Assembly: GCA_965649765.1 (NCBI GenBank) | Contig: OZ287748.1 | Coordinates: forward strand, 13,640,001 to 13,704,000 | Direction of reading: 5' to 3' | Length of the DNA stretch: 64,000 nt | Source of the DNA: Bispira polyomma | Lineage: Eukaryota | In this document: piece after piece, positions 1 through 12,556 of the stretch | Position numbering within the stretch: the stretch's first letter is position 1 | Layout: the number at the start of each line of letters is the position of its first letter | The notes under the pieces: generated by a model | Told to the model about the DNA's origin: nothing | What the model saw: only the letters and a program-made list of their open reading frames with translations | Databases searched by the model: none | Program-made: the position numbers and the translations under genes

Positions 1-137
1 TTGTGTATCCATCTTGTAGTTAGGTACATTTCATGAGCAACATAAACTATCAATGCAACTACAAAAGACAATCAATGCAAGAGTTTCCAATTCCTTGAAA
101 CGATAATGTAGCATAAAGAAGTCTAGACTGCACTCAC

Positions 138-960
138 TTAAGTCAGGTGGACAATGTGTTGTGCAGAGACTACAGGACCTAAGGAAAAATCTGCATCATC
201 CCTAGATTGCCAAGCTACATCTTTCAAGTAGAAGTTAGTAAAGGTGTTATGTGACTTCCAGAAGCAAGCTCCCAGTATCTGGTCTAAAGAGACCCCCCCT
301 TTAAAGGCCAATGAGGCCGCCATGGATCTCAAATCGTGGGCCTTAACTTGACACAGATTTTCAATTTCCGTGTCAGCATGCTGGTAGGCTAAGATGATGA
401 TTTGCTTAAGCCAGGATGAGATAGTACTGGAGAGGGAGCTACTGTGACCTCTTTCCAGTGTGGTTTATGTTTGAGTGATTTAAAGGTCCAGGCATGTATT
501 TCACCTCTTCTTTTGCCAGAGGCTAAGGCCATCAAAAATACTGTTTTGAAGGTAACAAGTTTCAGGGAAGCCTCTTTGATTGGTTCAAAAGGAGGCTTAG
601 TTAAAGCCAGTAGTACCAATGAAAGATCCCAACTAGGTATACCTCTGTCTTTGGTAGGTTTGTCCCTATAAAAACTGGCTAGAAGTCTGTTCAGATCAAG
701 ATTTTTGAGACTTCTAGTCCTGAGGTGCCCAAATGGTCTGCAATAGCAGTTTGGTATCCCGCAATTGTAGCAGGTTTGCGATTTCGTTTCTGAAACAGGA
801 ATACTAAGAAATCTGCTATTTGAGCTATATTAGCTGAGGAGCTGACCACCTTATTCTCTGAAGCCCATTGTTCAAATAAGGCCCACCTTGATTCATACAC
901 TTGTCTAGAGGATGGTCTCTGAGGTGCCTTAATTCGTTCTTCCACTGATCTGGAATACTG
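138..960 (-). pseudogene. DIRS tyrosine recombinase, frameshifted
   Basis: KTVFLMALASGKRRGEIHA; AHDLRSMAASLAF; WKSHNTFTNFYLKD (R, HxxR, W, Y catalytic set). Confidence 0.88.
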
Positions 961-2850
961 GGATTCTGTTGGCATGGAGATTCCAGTATCCAGACATGGA
1001 GATTTAGATATGGCAGGTTTTGGTGATATTGGAAGCCGAATGGTTGCTTTAGCAGAAGAGGCCACTGAGGTAATAGGAGTGGTGGTCTTATTGATAGGTC
1101 CACTAGATCCCAAAACCATGTCATCTCCGGCCATCCTGGAGCTAAGACCATTATTCGACACTGGTAAGTTATGATTTTCTGAACCAGCTTGGGTAAAAGA
1201 GGTACTGGACAAAAGGCATAGCCGTCCAGACCCTCCCAGGAGATGTTCAATGTATCTACCTCCAGGGCATGGGCATCTGGTATTGGGGACACATACAGAG
1301 GTAGCTTGTGATTTTTGGATGTGGCAAACAGGTCTACTTGTGGTGTGTATAAGCTTTGACATAGGAGCTTGAACATTTTTGGGTGTAAAGACCACTCGGT
1401 TGGAATTATTTTGTCTTTCCTAGATAGGCTGTCTGCTATCACATTCAGTGACCCCTGTATATGACGGGCTCAAACCCTGATCTTTCTGGGGTTGCAGAAG
1501 GCAAGTATCCGCCAAACCATGAGACACATTTCTAGAGCTCGAATGCCGCCTTGTTTGTTCAGATATGAATTGACGGATGAGTTGTCTGAGGCTATTAGAA
1601 CTCTCTGTTGCCCAAGTTGGTTTTGGAAAGTTTTTAGAGCAAGATATACTGCCTTTAGTTCTAGCAGGTTTATATGTAAGCCTCTTTCTAGACTAGACCA
1701 GTGACCACTGGCGGTCAATTTGCCTAGATGTGCCCACCAACCTATGTTGGATGCGTCTGTGAATAGAAGAAGATTGTGCTCTCTTGGATGCAAATCTTCT
1801 CCTACCATGACATTCAAGGGGTCTTCCCACCATTGAAGATGGTTTCTTAACTGGACTGAAACCGGGATCTGAATGTCCAAAGGCTGGGGATGTTTCCAAT
1901 GGGATTTCAGGTACCACTGGCAAGGTCTCATATGTAGCCTGCCAAAGGGTACTGCTTTTTCCATGCTGGCCATCAAAGGACATTAGTATTCTGGGAGTAA
2001 TGACCTTGGAGTTTTTGACCTTGTTCACTAGTAGTAAGAGTTTTGACCATTTCTTTTTGGTTGGTGCGACTAGGCTCGCCTTTAAATCGAAATGGTACCC
2101 CAGGAAATCGATAACTTGAGTGGGCTGGAGTTCTGACTTTTTGAAATTGATTAGCCAGCCCATTTGTTGTACTACTGAAACCATCTTTGGTATCTGGATT
2201 CTGCTTTTTTCGAGAGATGGGGATCGAATTAACGTCTATGTACTGGTGAATTCTGATTCCTTGTGATTGGAGTACTAATTTTGTCTCTTTCACGACCCGT
2301 GTAAACTCTAGTGGGGCTGTGGCTATGCCAAACGGAAGCACCTGGAACTGATATGACTGGTGATCGACATTGAAACGCAGGAATCTTTGAGAATTCGGAT
2401 GAATCGGTATATGGAAGTAGGCGTCGGTTAAATCTATGGACGCTACCCACTCCCCTTTTCTCAGTGAACTGCGAATAACCTCTGCTGTCTCCATCTTGAA
2501 TGTTGGGACATGGATATTTCTGTTTAAAACACTCAAATCGATCACTGGCCGCCATTTTTTCAAAGGTTTGGGTACTAGAAATATTCAGCTGTAAAACCCC
2601 AAAGTTGTTGAATGTTTTACCTTGCAAATCGTTCGTTTTTCTAGCATTTGGGCCACACATTCTTTGAGAAACGCTTGCTTCTCTTTGTCTTTGTAACCGC
2701 TCAAAACACCCAGATGTCTGGTTAACGACACTCTGATTTTCGGCAATATTTGGTACCCGTATCTCAGAATTTGCACAACTCGAGGATGGCACTTTAAATT
2801 TTCCCATACCTGCCAGTAGTCTGCTAAGCGGCCCCCACCAGATCCTTGAT
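825..2850 (-). pseudogene. DIRS pol: RT, RNase H and adenine-methyltransferase-like domain, several frameshifts
   Basis: WRPVIDL, IDLTDAYFHIPI, LPFGIATAP, HQYID; LFTDAS, HINLLELKA, SDNSS; ADSLSR..EWSL, VDLFA..NHK, YAFCP, APGWP..WF. Confidence 0.9.
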
Positions 2851-2852
2851 TG

Positions 2853-4403
2853 TCACGTATGCCGCCCACTGCCTTTTCCACCACATGTGCTGTTGGTTTG
2901 ACCCTGGTAACTAGTGGACTTCTTAAAGTCGGTCCCACGCCCTTTCGACCAGTTCTGATTGGGCTTGAAGGTAGTATTTCTACTGTGATAAGTCGGTTGG
3001 TAATTCTGTTTGTTGTAAGCTGATTTAGAATCAGAATACCTGGGTCTTTTTGGAGAAGGTTGTTTAAATCTGGCTTTAGCTTGTTTCTTCTCGATATCAT
3101 TTAAGGTGGTAAGGTTAAAGAGGTCAGAAGTGAGGAAACCTTTCCTCCTGAGTCTATTGGTATCTTGTTCATCAAGGGGCGAACAGCAAGTCTTTAAAAT
3201 AGAATCCCTACGAACTAGTTGCAGGTTGCAAGCCAGGGCGATGGAAGTGTCCACTGTTGTCTCCAGTGCTTTGTCTACCGAACCCAAAATGGCTCCAGCA
3301 ATTTGAAGATTATCGCCCACTTTAATAGTAAGTCTGGTGGCCTCATCTTCCTTCACTAAATCCGCCAAAGCTAGTATGTTAGTGTCAGAATCTAAGAGAG
3401 TCTTGTCTAAAGCCCTTATAAAATGTGATACATAACTCAGTACCTGAACGTTCTCCCTCAAAACAGTTTCCATTTGGGCGACCTGCTTCATTGGAATATG
3501 CACATTATAAGGTTGTGTGGTGTTTTTCGCCATGATGCATTTGAAGGGGTCCTGGCACTTCGGCGCTGTGAGCGAAAATGCATTAGAGGACGATCGGGAG
3601 AACCTCATGGCTGGTCTCGAGTAATTGATAAAACTACCTCTGTTGATGGGCGTAGAATCGAGAACTTCAGTGTTTTTGGGATCGGGACGTCCCGCAGCCA
3701 GGTCTTCATAAAATTTCCAGCGAGACACCACTTCATCAAGTGGAGGCAGAGTGAGGGGAAGTACTGGTGACTTTTTACTTCTATCCCTGTTTCCAAAAAT
3801 TTTAGCAGGTTTGGTGCTGGGATCTGATGGGGTTTCCAATTCCAGCAAAGATCTCACTGTCCCCAATAGTTGCCTATAAGAGGGGTCCTCCTCTTTCTCT
3901 GCCACGTAGTCAGCCTGGTCAGTTGTCTGGTCATCATCCATGGGTGACTCAGATCTCTTCCTTTTATGCCTAGAAGTATGAAAATCTTCTTCTGAATCAT
4001 AGGTTCTACCGAAAGTACTGGTTTTTGAGGCTCTGCCTCTACCTTCTACTTTCTCTAGTCTATCAGATAGTTTACCTAGCTCAGCTAGTATTTGTTGGAG
4101 AGGGTCATCTTTCTTCATAGAAGGTGGAGATTCCTCATCCAGAAGGCTATCATCTGTGGTGTGAGTAGCAGGAAGCTTGTGAAACTTAAGTTTCCAAGCC
4201 TGTAGACATCTGGTCTGGTCAGAAGTCATCTGCATACAAATGTAGCAGTCCTCAGGACTGGAAGTTACACAGACATCAGCCCCAAGCCCCTTGTCTCTGC
4301 ATGTAAGGCAATGACCATGGTGGTCAAAATCGTAGACCTCATGTCCACACTTCGGGGTAATCCTCTGGGTGGAAACGGAAGAATTCAGTTCGTTTTCCGC
4401 CAT
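2853..4403 (-). CDS. DIRS gag-like ORF1 (516 aa) with N-terminal Cys/His zinc-finger-like cluster
   Basis: Open ORF; CGH..DHHGHCLTC...C....CYIC; lies directly 5' of the RT. Confidence 0.8.
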   Translation of the reverse strand: MAENELNSSVSTQRITPKCGHEVYDFDHHGHCLTCRDKGLGADVCVTSSPEDCYICMQMTSDQTRCLQAWKLKFHKLPATHTTDDSLLDEESPPSMKKDDPLQQILAELGKLSDRLEKVEGRGRASKTSTFGRTYDSEEDFHTSRHKRKRSESPMDDDQTTDQADYVAEKEEDPSYRQLLGTVRSLLELETPSDPSTKPAKIFGNRDRSKKSPVLPLTLPPLDEVVSRWKFYEDLAAGRPDPKNTEVLDSTPINRGSFINYSRPAMRFSRSSSNAFSLTAPKCQDPFKCIMAKNTTQPYNVHIPMKQVAQMETVLRENVQVLSYVSHFIRALDKTLLDSDTNILALADLVKEDEATRLTIKVGDNLQIAGAILGSVDKALETTVDTSIALACNLQLVRRDSILKTCCSPLDEQDTNRLRRKGFLTSDLFNLTTLNDIEKKQAKARFKQPSPKRPRYSDSKSAYNKQNYQPTYHSRNTTFKPNQNWSKGRGTDFKKSTSYQGQTNSTCGGKGSGRHT

Positions 4404-4695
4404 GCCTCAGTCAAATACTCATAAAAAAAGAAAACCCTATCTTGAAAACGGTCAATATGGTAAATTGGCTGAGCAAAATGGAGGTCTGATAAGTCGGACG
4501 ACCAAAATGAATCTGAGGCGTGCAAGCACTAACAGAAGTGACAACACTTCCTGCGTATGCGCGGGCCTCTTTGTCGGTTGAGAGTAAAAATTAAGAAACA
4601 AGAATAGTCTTTATAAAAAAGACTTTTGGTCGAGCAATTATTCTAAATGAATAAAAGCACTTAGTGAGGATAAGGTAAGGATATTTATCGCAATA

Positions 4696-4753
4696 AAAAG
4701 ACGTCGGATGACGGATTCGGAAGCAAAATCGGCCAGGTCTATTTGCCCCTTTA
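4696..4753. mobile_element. Right end of a MITE (family of 41582-41826), truncated by the DIRS element
   Basis: gacgtcggatgacggattcggaagcaaaatcggccaggtctatttgcccct matches 41775-41826. Confidence 0.8.
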
Positions 4754-5099
4754 ATTCACCCACGTGGGTTTAGCGTGCACCAGTTAAGTAGCATTTTACA
4801 ATTGCCGTTTCGCAAATTGTATAATTCTTACTGGTACCACCGAGTTATGGTTAAAAACATTACACCTTTTTATTAACTACTGCTTCTTTTATCATATTTA
4901 CTTTGTTCGCCTTTATAGGGTTTTTTCTTGGCATTTATCACCTAGTTGTTTAACCTTCTGTCATTATCACTCACATTCCCCATTTTATGCATTCGTTTTT
5001 TTCTGCGAATGTCGCATTTCCTTTTCCTCTATGTGACTTTTCACATATTTTTATACTACAAGTGCTTTTACATACAATAGGTTACATCTTTCATTTTGA

Positions 5100-8000
5100 T
5101 ACTGTCTAGCTGTGATTTTTTACTCTCTATATTTGGTTCTTTTTCTTGCTACTGCTCCTCACCTCTGAGATGTGGAAGTTCTGTTTGACACTTCTCCCGT
5201 GTATGATTCTGGCCGATGTCAGATTACATAAATGGAGCCCCTGCTCTCCATCAAATACACCATTTTTCGACCAATTTGCACTCGGTCCATCTCTGCTAGT
5301 CTCCCTGGATAAGGTAACCACTTCTTTTTTAGCCTTTCAAATTCACAGTACCTGCTGTGCCAACCCCAGGGTTAACAGTATTTGGATCCCTCTGCTGACC
5401 GCTCTCTGTGGAGACGTCAGCATAAATCCTGGCCCCCCTGCATCCATGCTTAACATCGGTGCATTTAATGCCCGTTCCTTGCGACTTAGTCATAGCCCAG
5501 GACCTGGATATTGCTGCCGTCTCCGAGACGTGGATCAGCAGTAGGGATACAACATCTTTTTTGTCGGATATTACTTCTCCGGGTTACAAATTTCTTCAGT
5601 TTCCCAGGTTGCACAAACGCGGGGGAGGAGTTGGCATTTTTGTGAAAAATACCCTTTCCTGTGAAATTCTAAAAAACCAGTCCTACTCGTCTTTCGAACA
5701 CATTTCATGCAAAATTTCAAACGCTTATCACTCATTCCTAGTTTCCTCCTTTTACAGACCACCCATCCCTTCTTTAACTACTTTTACTCAAGAGTTTTCC
5801 GAATTCGTAGAGACCCTTAACCTTCTCCCATTTGAAGCTATCATCCTTGGTGATTTCAACATCAAGCTCGACATAGAAAATACTATGACAAAAGATTTCA
5901 ACACCCTCCTCGACACTTTTGGGTTCTCACAGTTTATCTCCACTTCAACCCACATCCACAATCGCAGGACCAAATTCAAATCTCATCAGAGAACCATGGG
6001 TAACTGATGGGATTTCAGATCACCTAGCAACCTTTGCCTATTTAAATTTATCAATACCTGCCTCACATAAACCTCGTGTCATAAAATACAGAAACATCAG
6101 AAAAATCAATATAAACAAATTTAGAGACGATATCCTGGAAACTAATTTCATCAAACATCCATGCAAAAATGCTGAAAGCCTTAGCTTACAATACAGTCAC
6201 TGCCTTTCTACTGTCCTTGATAAACATGCGCCATGGTTATCTAAAACTCTTCCCCCAACTAACCCCCATGAATGGACCAACGCCGCCATTACAGAGGCCA
6301 AAAGACACAAATGCCAACTTGAGCGTCAATGGCGACGCAAAAAATCCTCCTTAGACAGAAGCCGTTACCATATCACCACAAATAATTACAACAGGCTAAT
6401 AACTGATGCCAAAAAACAACATTACGACTCCATCATCACTGAAAATCAGGATAATCCCAAAAGGTTATGGGCCTCCATAAACAAAATTCTACATCGAACA
6501 TCAGAGAAAGTTCTTCCCATAAACCACTGCCTTACTTTTTTAGCAGAAAAATTTGGAAAATTCTTTTATAGAAAAAATCAGCAACATTCGTGACGCCTTT
6601 CCAACGATACATCACTTCAATCCTCCAGCCCCAGGATATAAGGTTTGTAACCTGTTTTATTTTAGTACACTGTCAGAACTTGAAGTTCTAAAACTCATCA
6701 AATCCTCTACTATTTAATCTTGTGAATTAGATCCCATCCCAGCAGTTATTCTGAGTCAATGTCTTGATATTCTTGTCACACCCATAACAAATATATTAAA
6801 TTTTTCTCTTCGGGATGGTGTTTTTCCCACCTGTTTCAAGACGGCAAATGTAACTCCCTTGATTAAAAAACAAGGGCTTGATAAAAACCAGCTCAAAAAC
6901 TACAGACCGGTGTCAAACCTCAGCTTCGTCTCAAAAGTTATCGAGAAAGCTGTAGCTAAACAAATTTCTGACCACCTTAATAGACAAAACATTGAAAATC
7001 GCCACCAGTCTGTTTATAAAAAATTTCACTCTACAGAAAGTGCCTTTTTTTCCATCAGCAATGATATCAATCTTGCACTGGACCGCAATGACACAGTGGC
7101 CCTCACCCTTCTGGATCTCTCAGCTGCATTCGACACTATTGATCATGTCCTGCTCTGCGACACTCTCAAGCAGTGGTTCGGTATAAATGGTAGTGTCCTT
7201 AAATGGATCAGATCCTACCTTACTCTTAGGGCACAAAGAATTAAACTAGATGATCACCTATCATCTTCCATAAAGCTACCATATGGAGTACCCCAGGGAT
7301 CCGTCCTTGGCCCTCTACTTTTCACCCTTTATACATATCCTCTCAGCACTGTCATCAATAAACACAATATAAAACACCACATGTATGCAGATGACACTCA
7401 AGTCTATCTCTCTCTCAATCCACAAAATGCAAATACTAACATAGACCTACTTGCAGACTGTCTGTCTGATGTCCAGGTGTGGATGAACTATTCCAAACTA
7501 AAGCTTAACCCTGACAAAACAGAATTCATCCTCATAGGAAACAAGAAAAACAGTGAACTCCTAAAATCTTTGTTTCCCATCTCCCTGCTGGGAAAAGACA
7601 TACTACCTTCCGAAAATGCTAAAAACATGGGTGTCACTTTTGATTCAGCTTATTCGTTCGATACCCATATTGCCAACATCTGTCGCTCCTGCTATTACCA
7701 CATATACGACATTAAAAGAATCAGAATCCTCTTGTCCATGGACACAGGGATAACCGTGGCAAATGCCCTTGTGAGTAGCCGCCTCAACTACTGCAATTCT
7801 CTCTTGTACGGAGCAAACAAGTCACACATTAAAAGGCTCCAGTCCATCCAAAACTACCTATGTAGGGTCATTTTTCGCCTGGGTTGTTGCACAGTCACTC
7901 CTTATCTCAAAAAATTACACTGGCTGCCCATTAAATCTCGAATTTTGTTTAAGATTCACATTACCACTTTTAAGGCTGTAGTCATTCAACAGCCACCCTA

Positions 8001-8362
8001 CCTTGCCTCCCTTCTTTCCTTCAGTAACCGCAAGAGAGGCAATAGACTCTCCGTCACTTCGGTCAGACCAATCAGAAAGACGGGATGCAGAGCGTTCTCC
8101 ACTGCAGCTCCATGGTTATGGAACAGTCTCCCAGTTGACCTCAGATCAGTTGACACACTTATTGGTTAGGAAAAAGCTTAAAACCTATCTTTTTAATCTT
8201 GCTTACCCACCTTAGCTTTCCTCGTGCACACTCCCACTTCCTTCCTTACGACTTTGCAATTTCCATGGACTTAATGATTGGACTAATGATTCTGCTGTTG
8301 CGCTTTAGAATATGCCTAGCATCAATAAAGCGCATTAAAAATCTATAATAATAATAATAATT
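5100..8362 (+). mobile_element. L2/CR1-group LINE with near-complete ORF2 (APE + RT), disrupted; 5' boundary uncertain
   Basis: FNARSL, SETW, GGGV, YRPP, GDFN, SDH; [52 protein letters not shown]; (TAA)n tail at 8346-8361. Confidence 0.93.
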
Positions 8363-8801
8363 AAGAAATCTTAAATATGTTGAATAATAATGGTCATCTT
8401 CAAATCTCAGTCTTTATTTAGGAGAATGACAGTTTAAACTGTTACTGGTTGGCTGTACTTGAGCAGTCAAGAAAATAATTACTTAGGGCTTTAAATGCCA
8501 GATAAGGTAGATAAAATTGCCAAGCATAAATCTGTATATGAATAAACTTGACCCTATTATACCTTCTAAAAATAGATGAGTTTGTCATATCTGTATACAA
8601 ATCCAACACGGTAAATGTCTGTCTTTAAGGAAAGAACTACAGTAGTACCTCTTATTATATGAACATGCTGTGTTCATAAAATCTGATATTCGGATAATAG
8701 AGGTTCTACCATTATACCTATTTAAAGACAGATCATTACTGCAGATAACACCAAGCTGCCAAAGGGACAAGTATGACTGTCCACTATGCACCACCACTCA
8801 C

Positions 8802-8954
8802 TATTTAGTCCACTGAGAGGCAGAAATGGATCAGTATCATTCTGTATGGTAACGCCAACCAAATCTGCATGTTCACACTGTTCTGTCAGCTCCAAGCCAT
8901 GAAACGTGGAGTCCAATGGCCATAACCCATAAACAGGAGCCAAGGTCTTCTTTA
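8802..8954 (-). CDS. Lectin-mosaic gene exon 15: start of a putative LamG/ConA-like domain (VYGLWPLD)
   Basis: ccag|TA...AAT A|gtgagt, phase 1-1, 153 bp; domain call tentative. Confidence 0.7.
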
Positions 8955-9069
8955 CTGGAAACATTCAAATTATAAAACAATATTTAATATTACACACACA
9001 GCTTCCACGACTTTTGTCTATCGAATAGATACTCAGCTAAAAATTCAGCTGAAAAGCTGTAGACTTTAA

Positions 9070-9382
9070 CCATTTCGACCACTTAGTTATCGGCTAGCCG
9101 TCGACGGCATTTAATATTACTCACAGAAACTAGAATTATGTCTGTCGACAAGCAGTCAACAGTCAAAATTTTTTTTTTTATTTTCCTTTAGTTCTTCGAA
9201 ATGGAAAAATGTTTGTACTGCAGAATTTCCTTTTTAAAGAACTATATGCGAGGCCGTTCTCGAATGCCAGAAGTACTCTGTGGTATGATGATGTGTTTTA
9301 GTGACTCCAGCTATCTCTAACCTATTACCAAAAATATTTCTTTTCATTTTGCGGTACTAGTTTTCTGTTGGTGTTGAAAGGG
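9070..9382. mobile_element. piggyBac-like MITE, copy with a single internal unit
   Basis: TTAA|CCATTTCGACC ... GAAAGGG|CTAA; colinear with 55955-57263. Confidence 0.7.
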
Positions 9383-9822
9383 CTAATATATGTATTTACT
9401 TGTACTGTACACACCGATCCTCACTGTCATTATCAAACCCATCAAAAAAGCAGATTTGAAAATAACCATTTATACATACATAGGGATTTAATCACAAGAA
9501 TCAAGTATAAAATCTGACATATCTGAATAGTTTTGCATGATAAGACTGTAGGTTACATTCAAACACTGGTATACCAATGCATATATATATTAACATTAAT
9601 ACATAAATATAAATATAGGGAAACTTGTTAAAAGGTTTTTGGTTAAAACACGTATTGCTTCAATCAATTACAAAAATTGGGGGTTGCACTGGCCATGGAT
9701 AAATTTTAGAATTCAAAAAAATAGTTTTTACTTTTTAGGAGAGGAACTGTGGCACCTTGGTGAAGATTTGCCTCCTACTAAGTAGCCTTCTTGTTTTACT
9801 AATGCTAACAGTATGCACTTAC

Positions 9823-10044
9823 CTCTACTTGTGATTTCCATGTACGTAGTCGCTGGAAATGTTGTATAGATCCTCTCACAGATATGTTTGAAGTAGCACA
9901 AGGTGTATGAATATACAAAGGCAATGCAGTTGGTGATTGTAGAACACTGATGGCCACACTCCTCAGGAGAAACATTGGTTAAATGGCTAATGTCATTGCC
10001 AAGACAGTAAGTTTCAGGATAACTCACATAGTCAGAAGGCTCTA
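9823..10044 (-). CDS. Lectin-mosaic gene exon 14: PAN/apple domain
   Basis: YC.GNDI...SPEECGHQCSTITNCIAFVY...CYFK; acag|TA...G|gtaagt, phase 1-1. Confidence 0.88.
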
Positions 10045-10999
10045 CTGTAAAGACAAAGTAAATAAAATCAGTCAATCAGTGAGAGTTTTACAATAAAGTT
10101 GAAGATTGGCTTAATTTGATTGGACGCACTAATTGTTTAACGACAACTGATAAAAACTTTTTTGGCTAGACAATGGCATCATTGGGGAAGAACATTTCAG
10201 TGTTATTCAAGCACCATAGTTTGAACAATATGTTTTCATTTACTCCCATTCCAACATATTCTCTGTTGCTGAAAATGATCACATGATTACCTTGTTGTTT
10301 CTTGTAATTACAGTACAAGAGTTTCTTTTAAATACAAGATATATCTTGTAATTTACAAGGAACAGCTATCTGATAAGCCCAATACAGAGGGGCTGGGTAT
10401 ATACTGTAATATGTTTTGTGATGAGAGAACATCCACTTCACAGGATACACCAACAAACACGTCATAGCTTGGTGCATCGGAAATTGGGATCAGGTTATGC
10501 ACAGTTACTATAGTCTTTAATACAATTTCATACAGGTGAATCTTTATTATCTGAACTTATAAAATTTTTAAACTTATTTCCACTCTACCAAATTGACTCA
10601 TTTTGTCCTACTATAGTAAAATGCCTCTTTTATTTTATAAATCTTCTACTATCCAAACAAAATGTGGCTGCTATTGTATTGTGTTGGATTTTTGATTTTT
10701 TGAAAGACAAAGCACCCTAGGTAGCAAGCACCCTGGCTAGCACCCAAGCTATAAGCCTATGATTTCCTATGGGGCATTTATGCTAAAGCCTTAAATAGCA
10801 CAAGTGGGTTTCACATTACAAAACCTGTGGGACCAATAATGAGCGTGAGATAGACACTTTAAAGTTTGGCCTACCCGTTTGACCTTGCACGTGGGATCGA
10901 AGGTCAAATCTGACCACAGCAAAAGATTACAACTTTTAACTAAATTAGATAAAGTAAAACTACACATATATAAGAAGAAATGCATCTATTCTACATTAC

Positions 11000-11116
11000 C
11001 TGGTAATCCTAAAACTGTATTGTCTAGGCCATTGCTAATGCTCTCTATCTTCGCCAATGTGTCAGTAGAAGTTGAAATCACATTTGCAGAGAGATCATAA
11101 ATCTGGGAAATTGGAG
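11000..11116 (-). CDS. Lectin-mosaic gene exon 13: Ser/Thr-rich linker (PISQIYDLSANVISTSTDTLAKIESISNGLDNTVLGLP)
   Basis: tttcatatag|CT...G|gtaatg, 117 bp, phase 1-1, open frame. Confidence 0.7.
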
Positions 11117-12321
11117 CTATATGAAAGAATAAAGACGAATGGAGTGATCTTTAAACACAGATTGAACCTCAGTGCAGCAAGAGAAATACCTCTACTTTAA
11201 GGCTAGCATTTTTGTATTCAGATTTATACTCAGGGCATACACCTACCGTTGGCTTTCAGAGTGCTAATTAACCCATTTCTAACTGTAACAGTTAACTGCA
11301 TCAGTTTACTGTCATTCCCCTAACTAAAGAAAGAGGTTTGAGGATGACACCATTTATCCAGGTTCATCTTTCGCCTAAGATTTGTGCACTTAATGATGTG
11401 TTGTACGTGCATGTACATAACCTGGCGTGGAAGATGGTGTGCCATAAATTGCAACTTTTGAACTGTTCAAAATATGGTCACGCGAACCCCGTCAGATTGA
11501 AAGTGTGTCGATCTAAATATTTGTATGTCTGTGCGAGAGGTGGCGTAGTCTAGCTACCTCAAGCAACTCTCAGTGTACTACAACAAATCATTGTAAATGT
11601 GAAACGGCACCTGTAACACCTGTGGTTGTATATTGATTCATCAAATAGCCATACACAATATTATAACTTGTGGCCAACCTAAAACTACTTGATTAATTAA
11701 GTATGATTACTTGAAAATATTGCCCTATATTTGACTGATTTGACTGTAGCTACTAAGTTAAATAGAAAACAATTTCCTTGATGATTCATGTGTTTCTTTG
11801 TTGTCACCATTTAATATTCACAGTCATTCTTTTTTGAAGAAAAAAAAAATTATTCGCTATTTTTGGCATAAAATAAATGATAAGAAGATTGGATATTGGT
11901 TGTGAAGTATATGTAAATACCAAAGAGCCAAAGTGTGCACTTAACTCAAACAGCTTAAATGATTGACCATCTTATTGATGATAAAACTAAACCAAAAATG
12001 CGCAAAAATTTTAACAATAATTCAATGTAAAAAAAACTATAGTGTTAGACAATTAAATTTAAAGGCATCAGCACCCGTTAAATCTGGCCAAAAGTGGCTT
12101 TAAATTTCCTGGTGGTTTTACAATTTAATTCACTTGAGGCTTGTGTTTCCCTGTGTCTGACCATTGAACTGTCTGAGGGAGCAGTGATTTCTCTTCTCTG
12201 CTTCATATAGAATAAATTCACTCAGGCCTTGTGTCTTCCTATGTCTGACTATTTCAAAGTGATGTTCCACCCACATACTAATATTTGAACAGTTTTGGAA
12301 CTTTGAGTGTTACAGTCTTAC

Positions 12322-12484
12322 CAGTTTCTGGCTGCCCAGGATCTTTCTCACACAGATATAAAAGCGTCTCTTGACAGTCTACAATCTCCCAATGGCCCTG
12401 GCTACCAGCTGATACCACACAGGAGACCGCTAGTAGATCTTCTGAACTTTGTTCAGGGGACCAGTTAGAGTAGCCGCCTTCAGC
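12322..12484 (-). CDS. Lectin-mosaic gene exon 12: C-terminal part of CTLD3
   Basis: AEGGYSNWSPEQ...SCVV...GHWEIVDCQETLLYLCEK; ttag|GCT...G|gtaaga, phase 0-1. Confidence 0.88.
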
Positions 12485-12556
12485 CTAAATGGTATTGATA
12501 AACACATTAAAAGATGCTGACAATGTGTTTACTAGAAATCTGACATGAATATGGTT

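Larger units (their letters stand above)
1..4697 (-). mobile_element. DIRS1-type tyrosine-recombinase retrotransposon, frameshifted; 3' end probably beyond left edge
   Basis: Domain order gag (2853-4403), RT, RNase H, methyltransferase-like, YR in overlapping frames; the 5' terminus abuts a MITE remnant at an AAA/TTT junction near 4697. Confidence 0.92.
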
